Shown here: positions 27,412 through 39,657 of the stretch, piece after piece
How the letters are laid out: each line of letters begins with the position of its first letter
Position numbering within the stretch: position 1 is the first letter of the stretch
NCBI RefSeq assembly: GCF_006345805.1
Contig: NC_043000.1
Coordinates: forward strand, 62,930,001-62,994,000
From: Octopus sinensis
Taxonomy: Eukaryota
DNA: 64,000 nt
Direction: 5' to 3'
Program-made: the position numbers and the translations under genes
The notes under the pieces: generated by a model
The model's input: the letters and a program-made list of their open reading frames with translations, nothing else
Told to the model about the DNA's origin: nothing
Databases searched by the model: none

Positions 27412-28419
27412 TATATGTATGTGTGTATGTATGTATGTATGTATGTATGTATGTATGTATGTATGTATGTATGTATGTATGTATGTATGTATGTATGTAT
27501 GTATGTATGTATGTTTGTATGTACTTCCCTGTGTTTAGTCAACCCATTGTTTTTATTATTATTGGTATGTAGATATTAAATTTTGCATATATAATTAATG
27601 TTTTAAAACAATGGAGTTTTGTATTTTGAGAAAAGTCAAATATATCTATAAAACTGACACTAATCGTATGACTCAAAATGTATTTTTCTTGATCTTCCTA
27701 CGAGTGAAGCAAACTGCAACTCGGTGTGTTGAATTCACAACATAAAGAAGAAATTACAGGACGTTGAATCTGTTACTCTTTTCATTTGTCTCATTCCATC
27801 AAACTTTCTAAAGATTGAACTAAATCCTACTTTGTATCATATATAGTCCACAGAAAACGAACATGTTATAGAAAAGTTTAGCGTAAAATATTCCATGAAC
27901 TATATAGATCAGCAGGTCTATAAACTATACAGATCTGCAGGTATACCACCAACTCCACATGTTAATGAATACATGTGTGTGGCACAAGACAAAGCTCAGT
28001 CTTGGGTTCGATATATACAGACACTCACGCACGCACAGATATAGATGATGAGTGTAGGGGGAAATGACATCGTCTCATACCGAGACTCTTCGTACCAATA
28101 CCGAAGGAATGCTGTAGTGGCACGAGTCTTCCAATCCGAGCGTGGTCAGTGAAGTAAGCTAGTTGGAAACTGCGTGGGATCATGAAGGATGGTTGGGCTG
28201 ATTGCTGAAGATTACGTTAAGAGTACGAGTAATATATAGAAGTCAATAAATTGTGCGATCTAATTCGAAACAGATGCGATTAGTACAAGTGTCAGAGGAA
28301 ATTTCTGTCATTTGTACAATAAAACCATAAGTAGGAAGTTCCGATGCTAGGACAACAAGATTATTCAACGTCGATTCCGGCAGATAATCCATTTACTTCA
28401 TATATATGTGTGCGTGGAC

Positions 28420-28455
<36 letters not shown>

Positions 28456-29081
28456 TGACAGACAGAGACAGAGAGAAAGAGAGACATACATATATATTTA
28501 TATAAATATATAGTTATATAACATGTATGTATGTATACATACATATACACATTAATCCATCAATCCAGTTTCATATGAATGTATGTGTGTATGTATACGT
28601 AAATGTATAAATATGTATATATGTGTATATATACACACACACGTTTGTATGTATATATGTATGTACGTATTGGAAGCGACAGTGACGTGTAAAAGAGCCT
28701 TAGTTTTAAAAAAAACCTACACTTAAAATCAGAATTTTTCAGGGTTATTTTATGGGGGGTGGGGAGAGAAAAAGGAACAAAAAACAACTAACATCTGTAT
28801 GAATGTTTCAACTCTCTTGACACAAGGATTATAAAATAATAAAAAAAAAGGCATGGGGGTGAGTTGGTAAAAATTTACCTAATATTTTAACAGCTGTGTG
28901 TTAAATTTTTTCTCTTCTTCATTTTTTATGGAGGTGGAGGGCATTTTGAATTTAGCGATTTCATATATACTTTCTAAACAGCGCTTTACGTGTTTTAGAT
29001 GAAAGAAACCCACGCGAACATTAAATCTACAGCATGCTGACGTCAAAAGGCACATAAATTCATACATACAATTAAGGCCAA

Positions 29082-29128
<47 letters not shown>

Positions 29129-29297
29129 GTCCTGCAATTACTTAGGGGAGGTACAGAAGTTAAGAGATGATAATAGGCGCTACGCACGTTCTTTTATTTT
29201 AATGAATGAGGAAAAGTTGAATGAACAAAGTTATGACCAAACCAAAGAAAAAAAAAGAGGAAAATTTGTTGGAAATTACAATTATATGAAAACTTAC

Positions 29298-29379
29298 CGA
29301 TGTTGTCGATATCTTTTTCTGGAATCTCTCTATTAACTCCACTGTCCCGGACGGGACACGTGGAATCGTTACGTTCCAT
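29298..29379 (-). CDS. Candidate first coding exon of an unidentified host gene (MERNDSTCPVRDSGVNREIPEKDIDNI-G)
   Basis: AAAAAC-ATG-G start context, open frame, CG|GTAAGT donor (phase 1) and upstream TATAAAG at 29542-29548. No recognised homology and no confirmed downstream exon. Confidence 0.3.
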
Positions 29380-30045
29380 GTTTTTCTTCTATCAACTAAC
29401 CTCGCTCTCTGTCTGTATGTGTATGTATATCCTTCGTTCAGCTATACCGGCTGCTAGTCAGTCAGTTTAGTATGTCATGTGTGAGTACAGTGAAATGTCG
29501 CGCCTCTTACAACAGATTGCCCTGGTGTAGCAGGCTGACTAACTTTATAATGCTGACTGACCTACACACATTGCCTCTTAGTCTCTTTCCACCTCACACA
29601 CTAACATGCTTTTTTTTATTTATTTATTTGTTTGTTTGTTTATTTATTTATTTATTATTGTTTTGCGTATGTAAGTGTGGTGGGAAAGGCATAAGAGGTA
29701 AGGCAAAGCAGAAGAAACAAAGCTCATAGCTCATGGCGGCGTATTTCATTGGGTGTTAGTAAAAAGTCACTGAAATCGTATCTCATAAATACACATTCAT
29801 AAATACACACACACACACACATATATATATACACATATATATACTCTTTATATCTATTGTTAATAATATTTAAATTAATAGATATATATATATATATATG
29901 TATGTCCTCACCCCACTCTCACCGCGCACACACATACACACACACACGCACACTATTGCTACATTCACGCACACAGACACTGACACACCACACATACACG
30001 CACATACACACGTAGATGTATATACAATGTGTATACAAATAGATG

Positions 30046-30123
<78 letters not shown>

Positions 30124-30232
30124 CTAACGTCCGAAACGTCACTTTTTCTTTCTATTAAGCTAATACCATTTTTGTGAAGCCTTGTTTCTCGTGTATTCTT
30201 CTTTATTGTTCGTTTAATTACATTTAAATATG

Positions 30233-30277
<45 letters not shown>

Positions 30278-30323
30278 ATATATATATGTACATATATATA
30301 TAAATATACACTCACATATATAT

Positions 30324-30364
<41 letters not shown>

Positions 30365-30979
30365 GCCCACACACACACACACACTCATTCACACACACAC
30401 ACACACACACACACATTATTTTCTTTCTCATGTACATAAAACTATAACAGTGTGTTAGGAATTTTGCATCGCACCACGTGGTTCTGTGTTCGATCTACTT
30501 TCGGGGCAACACGCGCTTTCGCCTCTTCGGTTTCCTACTCATTGATTCCTTTTGGCAAATTGTAAACAGAAACGGGTTCGGTGACACATGTCTGCAAGAC
30601 TTTCTGTCTCCCTTTTTCTCTTTCTCTTTCTCTTTCACTCTCTCCTTTCTGTCAGTCTGTCTGTCTGCTTATCTATCTCTCTGTCTGTCTGCCAATCTTT
30701 CTCTCTGTCTGTCTCTGTCTGTCTTTCTCTCTCTTTCTCTCATTATACTCACACATACCCACACATACTTTTACTTGTGCCAGTTATTCGACAGCGGTCA
30801 TGCTTTTAAGGGTTTAGGTATGAAATCAACCCAGTACATGATTTAAGTCAGGGTACTTATGTTCTCGATCTCTTCTTTATCGAACACGACAAAACACCAA
30901 ACACCGGTTGTCACGATGTATGTGACAAAGACATACATATAAACATACAACACACACTCACACCCACTCACTATAAGTA

Positions 30980-31265
30980 CGTACGTATGTATGTATGTAT
31001 GTATGTATGTATGTATGTATGTATGTATGTATGTATGTATGTATGTGTGTGTGTGTATGTATGTATGTATGTATGTATGTATGCATGCGTGCGTGCGTGT
31101 GTATGTATGTATGTATGTATGTATGCATGCATGCGTGTGTATGTATGTATGTATGTATGCATGCGTGCGTGTGTGTGTATGTATGTATGTATGTATGTAT
31201 GTATGTAGTATGTATGTATGTATGCATGTATGTATGTATGTATGTATGTATGTATGTATGTATGT
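30980..31265. repeat. (ATGT)n compound microsatellite
   Basis: Direct inspection. One of dozens of (TA)n, (TG)n, (GATA)n, (ATGT)n and (TAT)n arrays in the window. Confidence 0.95.
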
Positions 31266-31789
31266 ATGGAGGGCGGGGGAACTAAGGCTGTATCATGCGC
31301 GGGGACATAGAAATAATCGGACTGAATATCCGATCGCGCGGTTAAACCATTGGGAGTGAAGGACTCCTAGTCTTTGTTAGGGCATCCTTCTAGGAGAAGG
31401 TAACTCAGGTAACTGGAATAACTCCGACATAAAACCTGCGGCTCAGTGGTTACCGATGATATTGACTTGTTCTTCTTTTCGGATTATGGCTGTTGTTGCT
31501 TAGTGTGGGGGATTGACTCAGTACACAGCCTTTCCTCACTTTAAAAAAAAATCTTCTTGCACAGGCATTGTACGATAACAACATTGATTAAGCTTCGTGC
31601 AATGGCCATACTCGATAACGAGGGGGCAGCCACCATGTATGTATGTATGTATGTGTATGTATGTATGTATGTATGTATGTATGTATGTATGTATGTATGT
31701 ATGTTGTGTGTGTATATATGTATTTGTGTATGTGTGTGTATGTATGTATGTTCTTTTCCCCTTTTTAACTTAGAATAAATTCTAACAGG

Positions 31790-32160
31790 CTACCTACTTG
31801 GTAGCAAGGTTTTGAAGGAATGAATCTCGTTTTAACCATCATCTTAAAAAGGTCTTGCAAATTTTCATAGTTCCAGATATCGTGATCATTTGTAGCGTAT
31901 GAATTAAGGGATTTGTGTTCTCTCCCCAAGATCACAAGTTCAGCCATACTTTGTTCCAGACGGGTTGGTATGTATCCTGTTGGTCCATTTTATATATGAA
32001 ATGAAAAATGTAACTTCGGTACTGGAATTGCAAACTCCTTCAGACTTGCGTGGAAAGTATAGCCTTTCTACATCTACATTGATGCTGAAGTTTCCCGTAA
32101 CAACGAGCAGCTTCCGAGTTCCAACGTCTATATCACTGAGTTCCTATAGTGACTAGTTCA
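31790..32160 (-). mobile_element. Old RTE-like LINE 3' fragment
   Basis: Minus-strand INVDVERLYFPRKSEG resembles the post-RT RLYLPRK.GGRGL motif. About 250 bp is homologous to 46540-46800. Confidence 0.45.
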
Positions 32161-32419
32161 GAAAGTCAAACTTATACATGAGGACAGACACTGCAAAGGT
32201 ATTGCAGGCAATAGGTTTGTTGTAAGCTGAGATTTCTGATGACCATATTCTCTTTCCTCTCATGAGATATTCCTCCCTCTTTCTTTCTCGGGGTAACCAT
32301 TCCTGTATGTATATTATTTTCATATATACGTGCGTGTGTGTGTGTGTGTGGTGTGTGTGTGTATGTGTGTGTGTGTGTGTGTTGTGTGTGTAATTAAGAG
32401 AAATAACCTCTATTAAATA

Positions 32420-35400
32420 ATTCAATAGTGAAAGACATATAGAAAAAATTTAAATATACTATAATAAATTTTATTCAAAAAATCACTAAATTAAATAAAC
32501 ATTAAATTGACTACGTGCGTTTCGTGACTATATCTTTAAATCGTTAATAAAATAATTAAACCGATACCATTAAAATTAATTCGATTTTAAAATATAGCCA
32601 CGCTTCAGGCCTTAAATAATGATAAAATAAATGTATGTATCTAAACATATAATAAATTAACAAATAAATATAGAAATATACGTATCTAAACACTAAATAA
32701 TCGAATAAAATATAGTAATATTAATGAAAAATAAAATCATAACTTATCTTATTGAAGAATTCCAGTTAACTGAAATTTTAAAAGTTAAACATAGGGCCTA
32801 GCGTTGCTAAGAAATTTATCACGTGAAAACATGCCGTAAATAATAACTATAGAATAGATAGATATAAATATGTTATTTTAGCTGTGAAAATAACAATATG
32901 TATTTTAGCTGTGAAAATAAGACATAAAGTAGATGTAATATACCATTTACTGGAAAAATCCTAAATTCTCAATAATTTATAACTAAAATACGTAAAATAA
33001 ATAAAATAAATATCGATAACTTAATCTATATTCATCAATTTATTTACTTATTTATTTTATAAGCACCTTGGTTTAATCGTATTTTAATTATGTAATATAC
33101 ACTACATAATCTACTGCTAATTTATACTCATTATTCTACTACAAATTATAACTACAAAAATTAGTAACATAAATCAGGGTTAAATATATGCACAAATTAG
33201 TTAAACTTATTATATAAGTAATTTAACTTATGTCTACATATAATTTTTTGCTCATCTCGAGAATTAATCAACTTTTTATTAATAGATAGTAATAGCTCCA
33301 TAAATTCATTTGTACATAATAAACAAAAATTATTACCTATTCGATAAGATTTAGCTTTACAAACTATCTCCCAATTTAAATTATACTTAATTCCTTCAGA
33401 TTTCAATTCCCATATATATTTGCTAAGGTCAGTAGAATTAATCAATGTTTTATTCTTAAATGAATGCATGTGTTGAGCCACCCTTAATTTTATTTTATTA
33501 GAAGTCGACCCCACGTAAGTCGCGTTTAAATTATAACTATTCGTATTAATATTATCATCAATCAAAGTCACTACAAAATTATATACTACATCATCCAAAT
33601 TACATTTATTTTTAAATTTACATCTTGTCTTATCTCTACAAGTACAATTAATTATATTTTGGTCTTTATTATTATTGGAATAATTATTTAAATTGTTACT
33701 GCAAAACTTATTAAGCTTAAATCTATTAAAAGAAGAAATAATATTACCAACATTATTAGTAGTAGATAACCAACTCCAAAATAATTACTAGAAAAAATGT
33801 TATATTTTTTATTATCTATAATGAATACTTCAATTAGTTTTAATATCTCTTTAATAATGTTTGATTTAATTTGAGCCCCATAAGGAATAATTAACCAAAT
33901 TTTGTTCTTATTGTTAACATTATTTTTATTCATTATATTTATTGTTATCATTAAACAAATTGAATTTATTATTTTAATCTATAATTATATTCATTTTTTG
34001 TATTATCATAATACCTATTACTAAAACCATAATTATCTAAATAAAACTTATCCAACTTATAAACTTATATTATTATAAATATCATTGGAATTATTTATAT
34101 TATAATCTTTTATATTATAGTTATATTTATAATTATAAAAGAATTTAATACTATTATTATATCCCGCCTCCCGCAAAGTGCGTGTTTTTGGAAAATCTCA
34201 AAATTAGAAGAAGGCTTCGATATTCTTTTACCTATATTATCAATGAACGATTTCTTAATTGAGGGCAGGTGATTACTATTAGCATTAATATATCTAAGGT
34301 TTTCATGAATTTTATGGAATGGTTGGGTTTTACCTGTTACTAAATTAATATTAGCATCTAAATAATTAACATTATAGTTCTCTTTAAATACAGTAATACC
34401 TAATCCATATCTTATAAAAATTATATAGCTTCTTCTTATATAATTCTATTGGTGCAATTTTTAGTAATAAAAGGTCATCTGTATATAATCCACCCTCCAA
34501 CTTTAATTTTTCTAATTAAAGTTCCGATAATAAATAAATACCTACTAAATCAGTCACCTTGGCAGAATCACGTGCCCCCATAGGTATATCAAAATATCTC
34601 TAGTATCTTTCCTTATTATTATATCTAACCAACTATTTCCTAGCCGCTTTAACTACATTAACTTCATCATAAGTCATTCCAACCTTATTCATTGCATAAA
34701 TTAGGGCCTTATTGAGTACAATCTCATTTATAGAAGAAGAAGAATTATCTATATCTATTTGAATGAATTTATATCTATTTTTATCTTTAGTATTATTAAA
34801 CCATTTTAAAGTATCATTACTACTACTCCAAAGTTTTAGATAATTAAGTTCATTTAATCTATTAATATATTTATCTAAAATGATCTTACTTAATTTACCT
34901 AGATTTACATGGACAAATAAGTCTAACTTTTGGGTCAGAATAAAAATTATCCTTATGGTATTTTAAAGTAATTCTAGGGTGCATAGGTATATAAGGTTCA
35001 GTTTTATTATCTAACTCATATTTCATCATGATTAATTCAGAAGCCTTATTTATATTATAAAGAGTATTTTCAGGAACAATTTTATATTCTTTATTTATTT
35101 CTCTACCAGATTATCATATAATATAATATCTGATTGTACTATAATTCCTTCCATATTTCACATTTCTTTTATTCTAATAATTAGATTTCTTAAATATCCA
35201 TTGTGCCTATTTGGGTATCTATGAAATCAAATATTTTTCACCACCTACCACATAGTATCCTCTAAAACCTGTATTCCCTATTATATGGGGGTTCCTTTCT
35301 AGATTTAAATTTTGTATTGATATAATTAGTATTCTCTACATCGTTAATATTTTATATGTAACAATTATTATCGTAGGCTTTCCATTTGATGCTATTAATA

Positions 35401-35470
35401 ACATTTTTTACATTATTAATAAGTTTCAAAATATATTATTTTCTAGATGGTATAAGAAAATCCTATATAT
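32420..35470 (-). mobile_element. Penelope-like element PLE1, near-complete but decayed RT + GIY-YIG, extremely AT-rich
   Basis: Minus-strand motifs IKWKA, FKSRKEPP, LGKLSKIILD, FIQIDI, FDIPMGARDSAKVTDLVG, GGLYTDD, YINANSNH, then YVGSTSNKIKLRVAQH...DLSKYIWELK...FCLLCTNE...LINSRDE ending at stop 33197. Many internal stops. Confidence 0.9.
32501..32617 (-). ncRNA. Hammerhead-like motif in the PLE1 3' region (A9C, weak stem I)
   Basis: Minus strand: CTGAAGC GTGGCTATA...TATAGTCAC GAAAC GCACGTA GTC. Stem II is 9 bp and extends via TTTAAAATCG/CGATTTAAA. The two stem I positions next to the core are mismatched. Confidence 0.5.
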
Positions 35471-35568
35471 CTTCTATAGCTATATCTATCTATGTATCTA
35501 TTATATATATATATATATATATATATATTAATAAATTTTAGGGTAGCAAATTTTATGCTAGCCTTAGC

Positions 35569-35662
35569 TTCCTGCTGAAGATGGCAACGCCAATCGTAAA
35601 TTAAAATTATTTTATTTTATTTTATTTACAAAAGATTGCCGAAACTATGCATAGTCCAGGAA
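35569..35662 (+). ncRNA. Type I hammerhead ribozyme, canonical core
   Basis: TTCCTG CTGAAGA T GGCAA...TTGCC GAA ACTATGCATAGT C CAGGAA: 6-bp stem I, G-C closed stem II, 12-nt palindromic stem III. GUC cleavage predicted after 35656. Confidence 0.85.
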
Positions 35663-35829
35663 AGATAGTGTAAACGTTTTTATTTCTCTTTCCATTTCAG
35701 AATTACAACTATTAGTGGTTTGGAGTTTAACTGCTCTTTCTGGTGAGTCAGATGTCCTATTATGGCTATCTCTTATGTATTTAATATATATATATATATA
35801 TATATCTTCTATATTTATATCTATCTATG

Positions 35830-35860
<31 letters not shown>

Positions 35861-35888
35861 ATATATAATATATTATATATAATATATA

Positions 35889-35928
<40 letters not shown>

Positions 35929-36000
35929 AGATATATATATATATATTATATTATATATTTGTAAAAAATGAAGTTTGAAAATGCTGCTATATTAGACAAA

Positions 36001-36053
36001 TTTTAATTTTAACATGTTTCGGTTCTTGAAATGACAAACCTTATCAAAAAAAA
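36001..36053 (-). ncRNA. Minimal hammerhead, U3-A8 variant
   Basis: Minus strand: TTTT TTGATAA GGTT...AACC GAA ACATGT T AAAA. Palindromic ACATGT stem III and an AU-only stem I. Confidence 0.55.
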
Positions 36054-36056
36054 TTA

Positions 36057-36253
36057 TATATAATAAAGGGAGTCCATGCTATATGTTTAAAGAGTATGAT
36101 GTAATAGTTCATAATTGTGACATATATTCAATAGAGTCAAATATAAAAAATTCATATATAATAAAGCGAGTCCATGCTATATCTTTAAAGAGTATGATGT
36201 AGTAGTTCATAATTGTGACATACATTCAATAGAGTCAAATATAAAAAATTCAT
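36057..36253. repeat. Tandem duplication, 2 x 98 bp
   Basis: TATATAATAAAG(G/C)GAGTCCATGCTATAT...AAAAAATTCAT repeated at offset 98 with a few substitutions. Confidence 0.9.
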
Positions 36254-36290
36254 GTTCTTGAAAAGGCGAGGAGTTCATTTTAGATTTTAC

Positions 36291-36771
36291 CTTGTGTTCC
36301 AATGGGAGCAACAGTAATGATTTTTGGTCGGTGTCTGCTCGCGGATTTATATCAGCTCAGCTAAGCTGTGGTCACTTGCACTTTTCACTGACGTCATATA
36401 GTTCCAAACCAATCAAAACCTAGTCTCAACGAATATAGTGAAAAGACTCTTAACTGTATCCTGTTAGGAAATCAACCAAGCGGAACGCAGTTTGGCCACG
36501 GAAGAAATACGTCATCATTTTTTTGACGAATTAGAGCTGACCCATGACTGTATCCTGTTAGGTGGCTAGTCCAGCAGATACGAGACGTCATCAATGTTTT
36601 GACCAATCAGAATCGGGTCTGAGGTGGCTAGTCCAGCAGAACGAGACGTCATCAATGTTTTGACCAATCAGAATCGGGTCTGACCCATAGCTTATCGTGT
36701 GGGGAAACCGACCAAGCAGGGTGACAATAGCTTGACCAATGAGGTAATACGTCATCAGTTTTTTGACGAAT
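36291..36771 (-). promoter_or_regulatory. Putative Pol II promoter of the PLE2 pseudo-LTR: 5 x (CCAAT/CGAAT-N12-CRE), TATA, Inr, 28-nt exon
   Basis: ACGTCA at 36391, 36509, 36585, 36646 and 36749, each followed after exactly 12 nt by CCAAT or CGAAT. Minus-strand TATAAAT (36351-36345), TCATTAC (A at 36318) and donor AAG|GTAAAA at 36291/36290. Confidence 0.55.
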
Positions 36772-37024
36772 CAGGATTAGATCTGCTCGTAGAGAAAGAG
36801 ATCTTTTTATAATTTTTCCTTCCCTCCCTAAGACATATCACTGTCCGTGAGTGACTGTTTAAGGATCTGAGAAATTGTAATTCGCCCCACCTCCATTATT
36901 ATAATTCTCTCACTGTGGCCGTAGCAACAGTGACCACGATGGTTGTAGTAGTAGTGCGAGTTGGGGCAGTCGTAGTGGTTGTGGTAGAATTTCGTTCTCT
37001 TTTTCGGAGGTCCAATGTTTTGTT

Positions 37025-37360
37025 TTAATATTCCTGGCCCAGGGTGTTCAAACTTGGTCTAAATTTTTTGATGAAATAAAGTTCTTTATTTTGGCGTTGC
37101 GTGAAGGTTACGCTGTCACTGAATTTATAAAGTGGGTAAGTTGTAAATTTCGGATTTACATTTGCAGCACATCTATCTATGTGTCCGCTGACCGGTATTT
37201 TCCGGTATTCAGGGTTTCTAATTTGTGATTTATGCACCGCCATCCTGTTACGTAATCTATTTTTTGTATGGCCTATATACTGCCTATTGCAGCCTGCGCA
37301 TGTTAAGACGTAAATTAAGTTTTCTGATGCGCAGTGAAGTTTGCTCTAATGGTGAACTAA
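37025..37360 (-). mobile_element. Penelope-like element PLE2, GIY-YIG C-terminus (5' end truncated at (TA)n)
   Basis: FTIRANFT/CASENLIYVLTCAGCNRQYIGHTKNRLRNRMAVH...RQNKELYFIKKFRPSLN, with one 1-bp frameshift. Confidence 0.88.
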
Positions 37361-37387
37361 TGGCCTTGTTCTAGTATAAATTCTGAA

Positions 37388-37545
<158 letters not shown>

Positions 37546-37599
37546 TATAAGAGAAATATCTGTTTGATTGTCCAGCAAAATATAAGTAAATGGTTCAGA

Positions 37600-38290
37600 G
37601 GAAGCTATTATGCTTTTCTATATATAAAATCAAAATTCCGCCCCTTTCTTTCTCCGGGAAAATGAAAGTACCTGGTTCAGGTAAAGCTATTATGCTATGG
37701 CCTAATTTGTCACAACAAAAACTATGCAATCGTACAACACTAATTATGCCCAAACTTATGAGGAACTGCATTGAAGCAAATATTCTCGTTGGTTATGGTA
37801 AAGGTGAGACCGTCTTCTTTCCTCGCATACTAGTTATACCATCTAATCTCTCATTCCAATTTAAGCCGTTACAGTGGAGCATCACTTGTGGGAGCTGCGT
37901 AATTGGTCTCAATAAAAACTATGCAATGGTACAACACTAATTGTGCACAAACTTATGAGGAAATGCATTGAGGCAAATATTCTCAGTGGGTATGGTAATG
38001 GTGAGACCGTCTTCATTCCTCGCATGCCAGTTATACCATCCAATGACCCATTCCAATTTAAGCCATTACAGTTTCCTATCCCACTTACTTTTGCTATGAG
38101 AATTAATAAAAGTCAGGGTCAAACACCAAAAGATGCTGGATTGCAACTTGAAGAACCATGCTCTTCACATGGCCAACTTTATGTTGGAGCATCACGTGCG
38201 GGACCAAAAGAAAATCTTTTTGCTTATGCACCCCGAAATAAAACAAAAATCATTGTTTATAAAGAAATATTCACCCTTAATGCAACATGA
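37600..38290 (+). mobile_element. Helitron RepHel fragment (PIF1-like helicase C-terminus), internally duplicated
   Basis: AIML..NL...LCN, IEANIL.G...GETVFIPR, PFQFKPLQFPI.LTFAMRINKSQGQT and SHGQLYVGASR. No 3' hairpin/CTAG was seen. Confidence 0.9.
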
Positions 38291-39471
38291 ATACTTCAAT
38301 AGCTTAATTTGCCATTACTATCGTTGCATTCAAGAATGACTAAATTACCTATTTAAATGAACTGCATTATATAATTGACATTACTGTATTGATAAATAAA
38401 ATAACACATATAGGAGGACTAAATTATATATATATATATATATATATAATACTTTGAATGTGGCTCCCCGGAAACAGAAAAACTAATTACCCAATCAACG
38501 ACGGGTATATATATATATATATATATACATGTATACACACACACACGCGCACACACACACACATATATATATATATATAAATATATATAAATACATATAC
38601 ACATATCTACATGCATAAACACACACACTAACACATACAATCTACACCAATGCCCAGCACCGTAATAAACGTGGAATCGATAACCTCCTGTTTTCCAGCA
38701 AGCTATGGATATGAAGTTTTCCGATTGCCGATCCTTAATCAGATAACTTTATACCAGGGACAAGCAAAGTAGCTAGATAGAAAATCTCTATAAGAGATGA
38801 AAGTAATAACTATACTGAGAAGTAATGTTTCTCGCCACTTTAAAATGGCTGTTCCGTACGAACCAACGTTGTTACCATTTTTTAACCCCAAGAGGATGCC
38901 TCGTCTACCTGGTTATCGATACAATCTGCACCCGATATATATTGCAAGCAAGGGTGCGAACTCCTACCATCTTCTAGCGACTCGACAGGATCATCAGACC
39001 GGTCGGTTTCAGGTTATTTTTGCCCATCCTCAGTGGAGCGAACTACAGTTATCTCTATGCTTATGAAGTGTTTGATTCATGAAATAGTGTTAAGTTTACA
39101 TAGGCAGTGCTGAAAATTCCGTCTCAGAATAGAATATCTTTGACTCTTATATTCTTTGTTATACGCTAGTCATCTTTCCTACCACAAGAGTTGTTATCTA
39201 TGATCGTTATCTTTATGTCATCAAGTAATTCATCTTAACGATGGAACAAAAATAGACATAAATTATCTATTATATTATTCTGCAACAGTATGTCGACAGA
39301 AATCAGAATTTCATTAATATGAATATACTCTTCAGCAATTTTCATTTCAGACAAAGACAAAGTGCATGTCACTGGACATGAATATATAAATCATAGTAAA
39401 CGAATTACAGTAGCTGCTCCAGTGAGCCGTGAATTCGGAAATAGACATATCAGTATTACTTGTATGTGTAT

Positions 39472-39520
<49 letters not shown>

Positions 39521-39657
39521 CGCGCGCAAATCTGTCTGTCTGTCATTCAGTAATAATTTAAAATATTCATCACTCAATTATCTTATGAATTATGTAAATT
39601 TTGTGTACATAATGGATAATGTCTTCGATTTTGTTCCATATGTAATGAGACACATAA

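Noticed and set aside
28204-28275. CTGAAGA ... GAAAC on the plus strand
   Set aside because: The helices do not close around the core.
30125-30146. CGTCC-GAAACGTC, the 3' half of a minimal hammerhead
   Set aside because: The CTGANGA half is absent (replaced by (GATA)n), so no ribozyme can be folded.
31890-31970. Duplicated host exon (AG...GTTG|GTATGT) here and at about 46670-46735
   Set aside because: The surrounding 250 bp is a shared dispersed repeat with an RTE-like motif on the opposite strand.
36752-36758. CTGATGA on the minus strand within the promoter array
   Set aside because: It is part of the repeated ACGTCATCA motif, with no stem II or GAAA downstream.
36389-36771. CRISPR-like repeat array
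   Set aside because: Eukaryotic context, irregular period, partly duplicated spacers and no cas genes.
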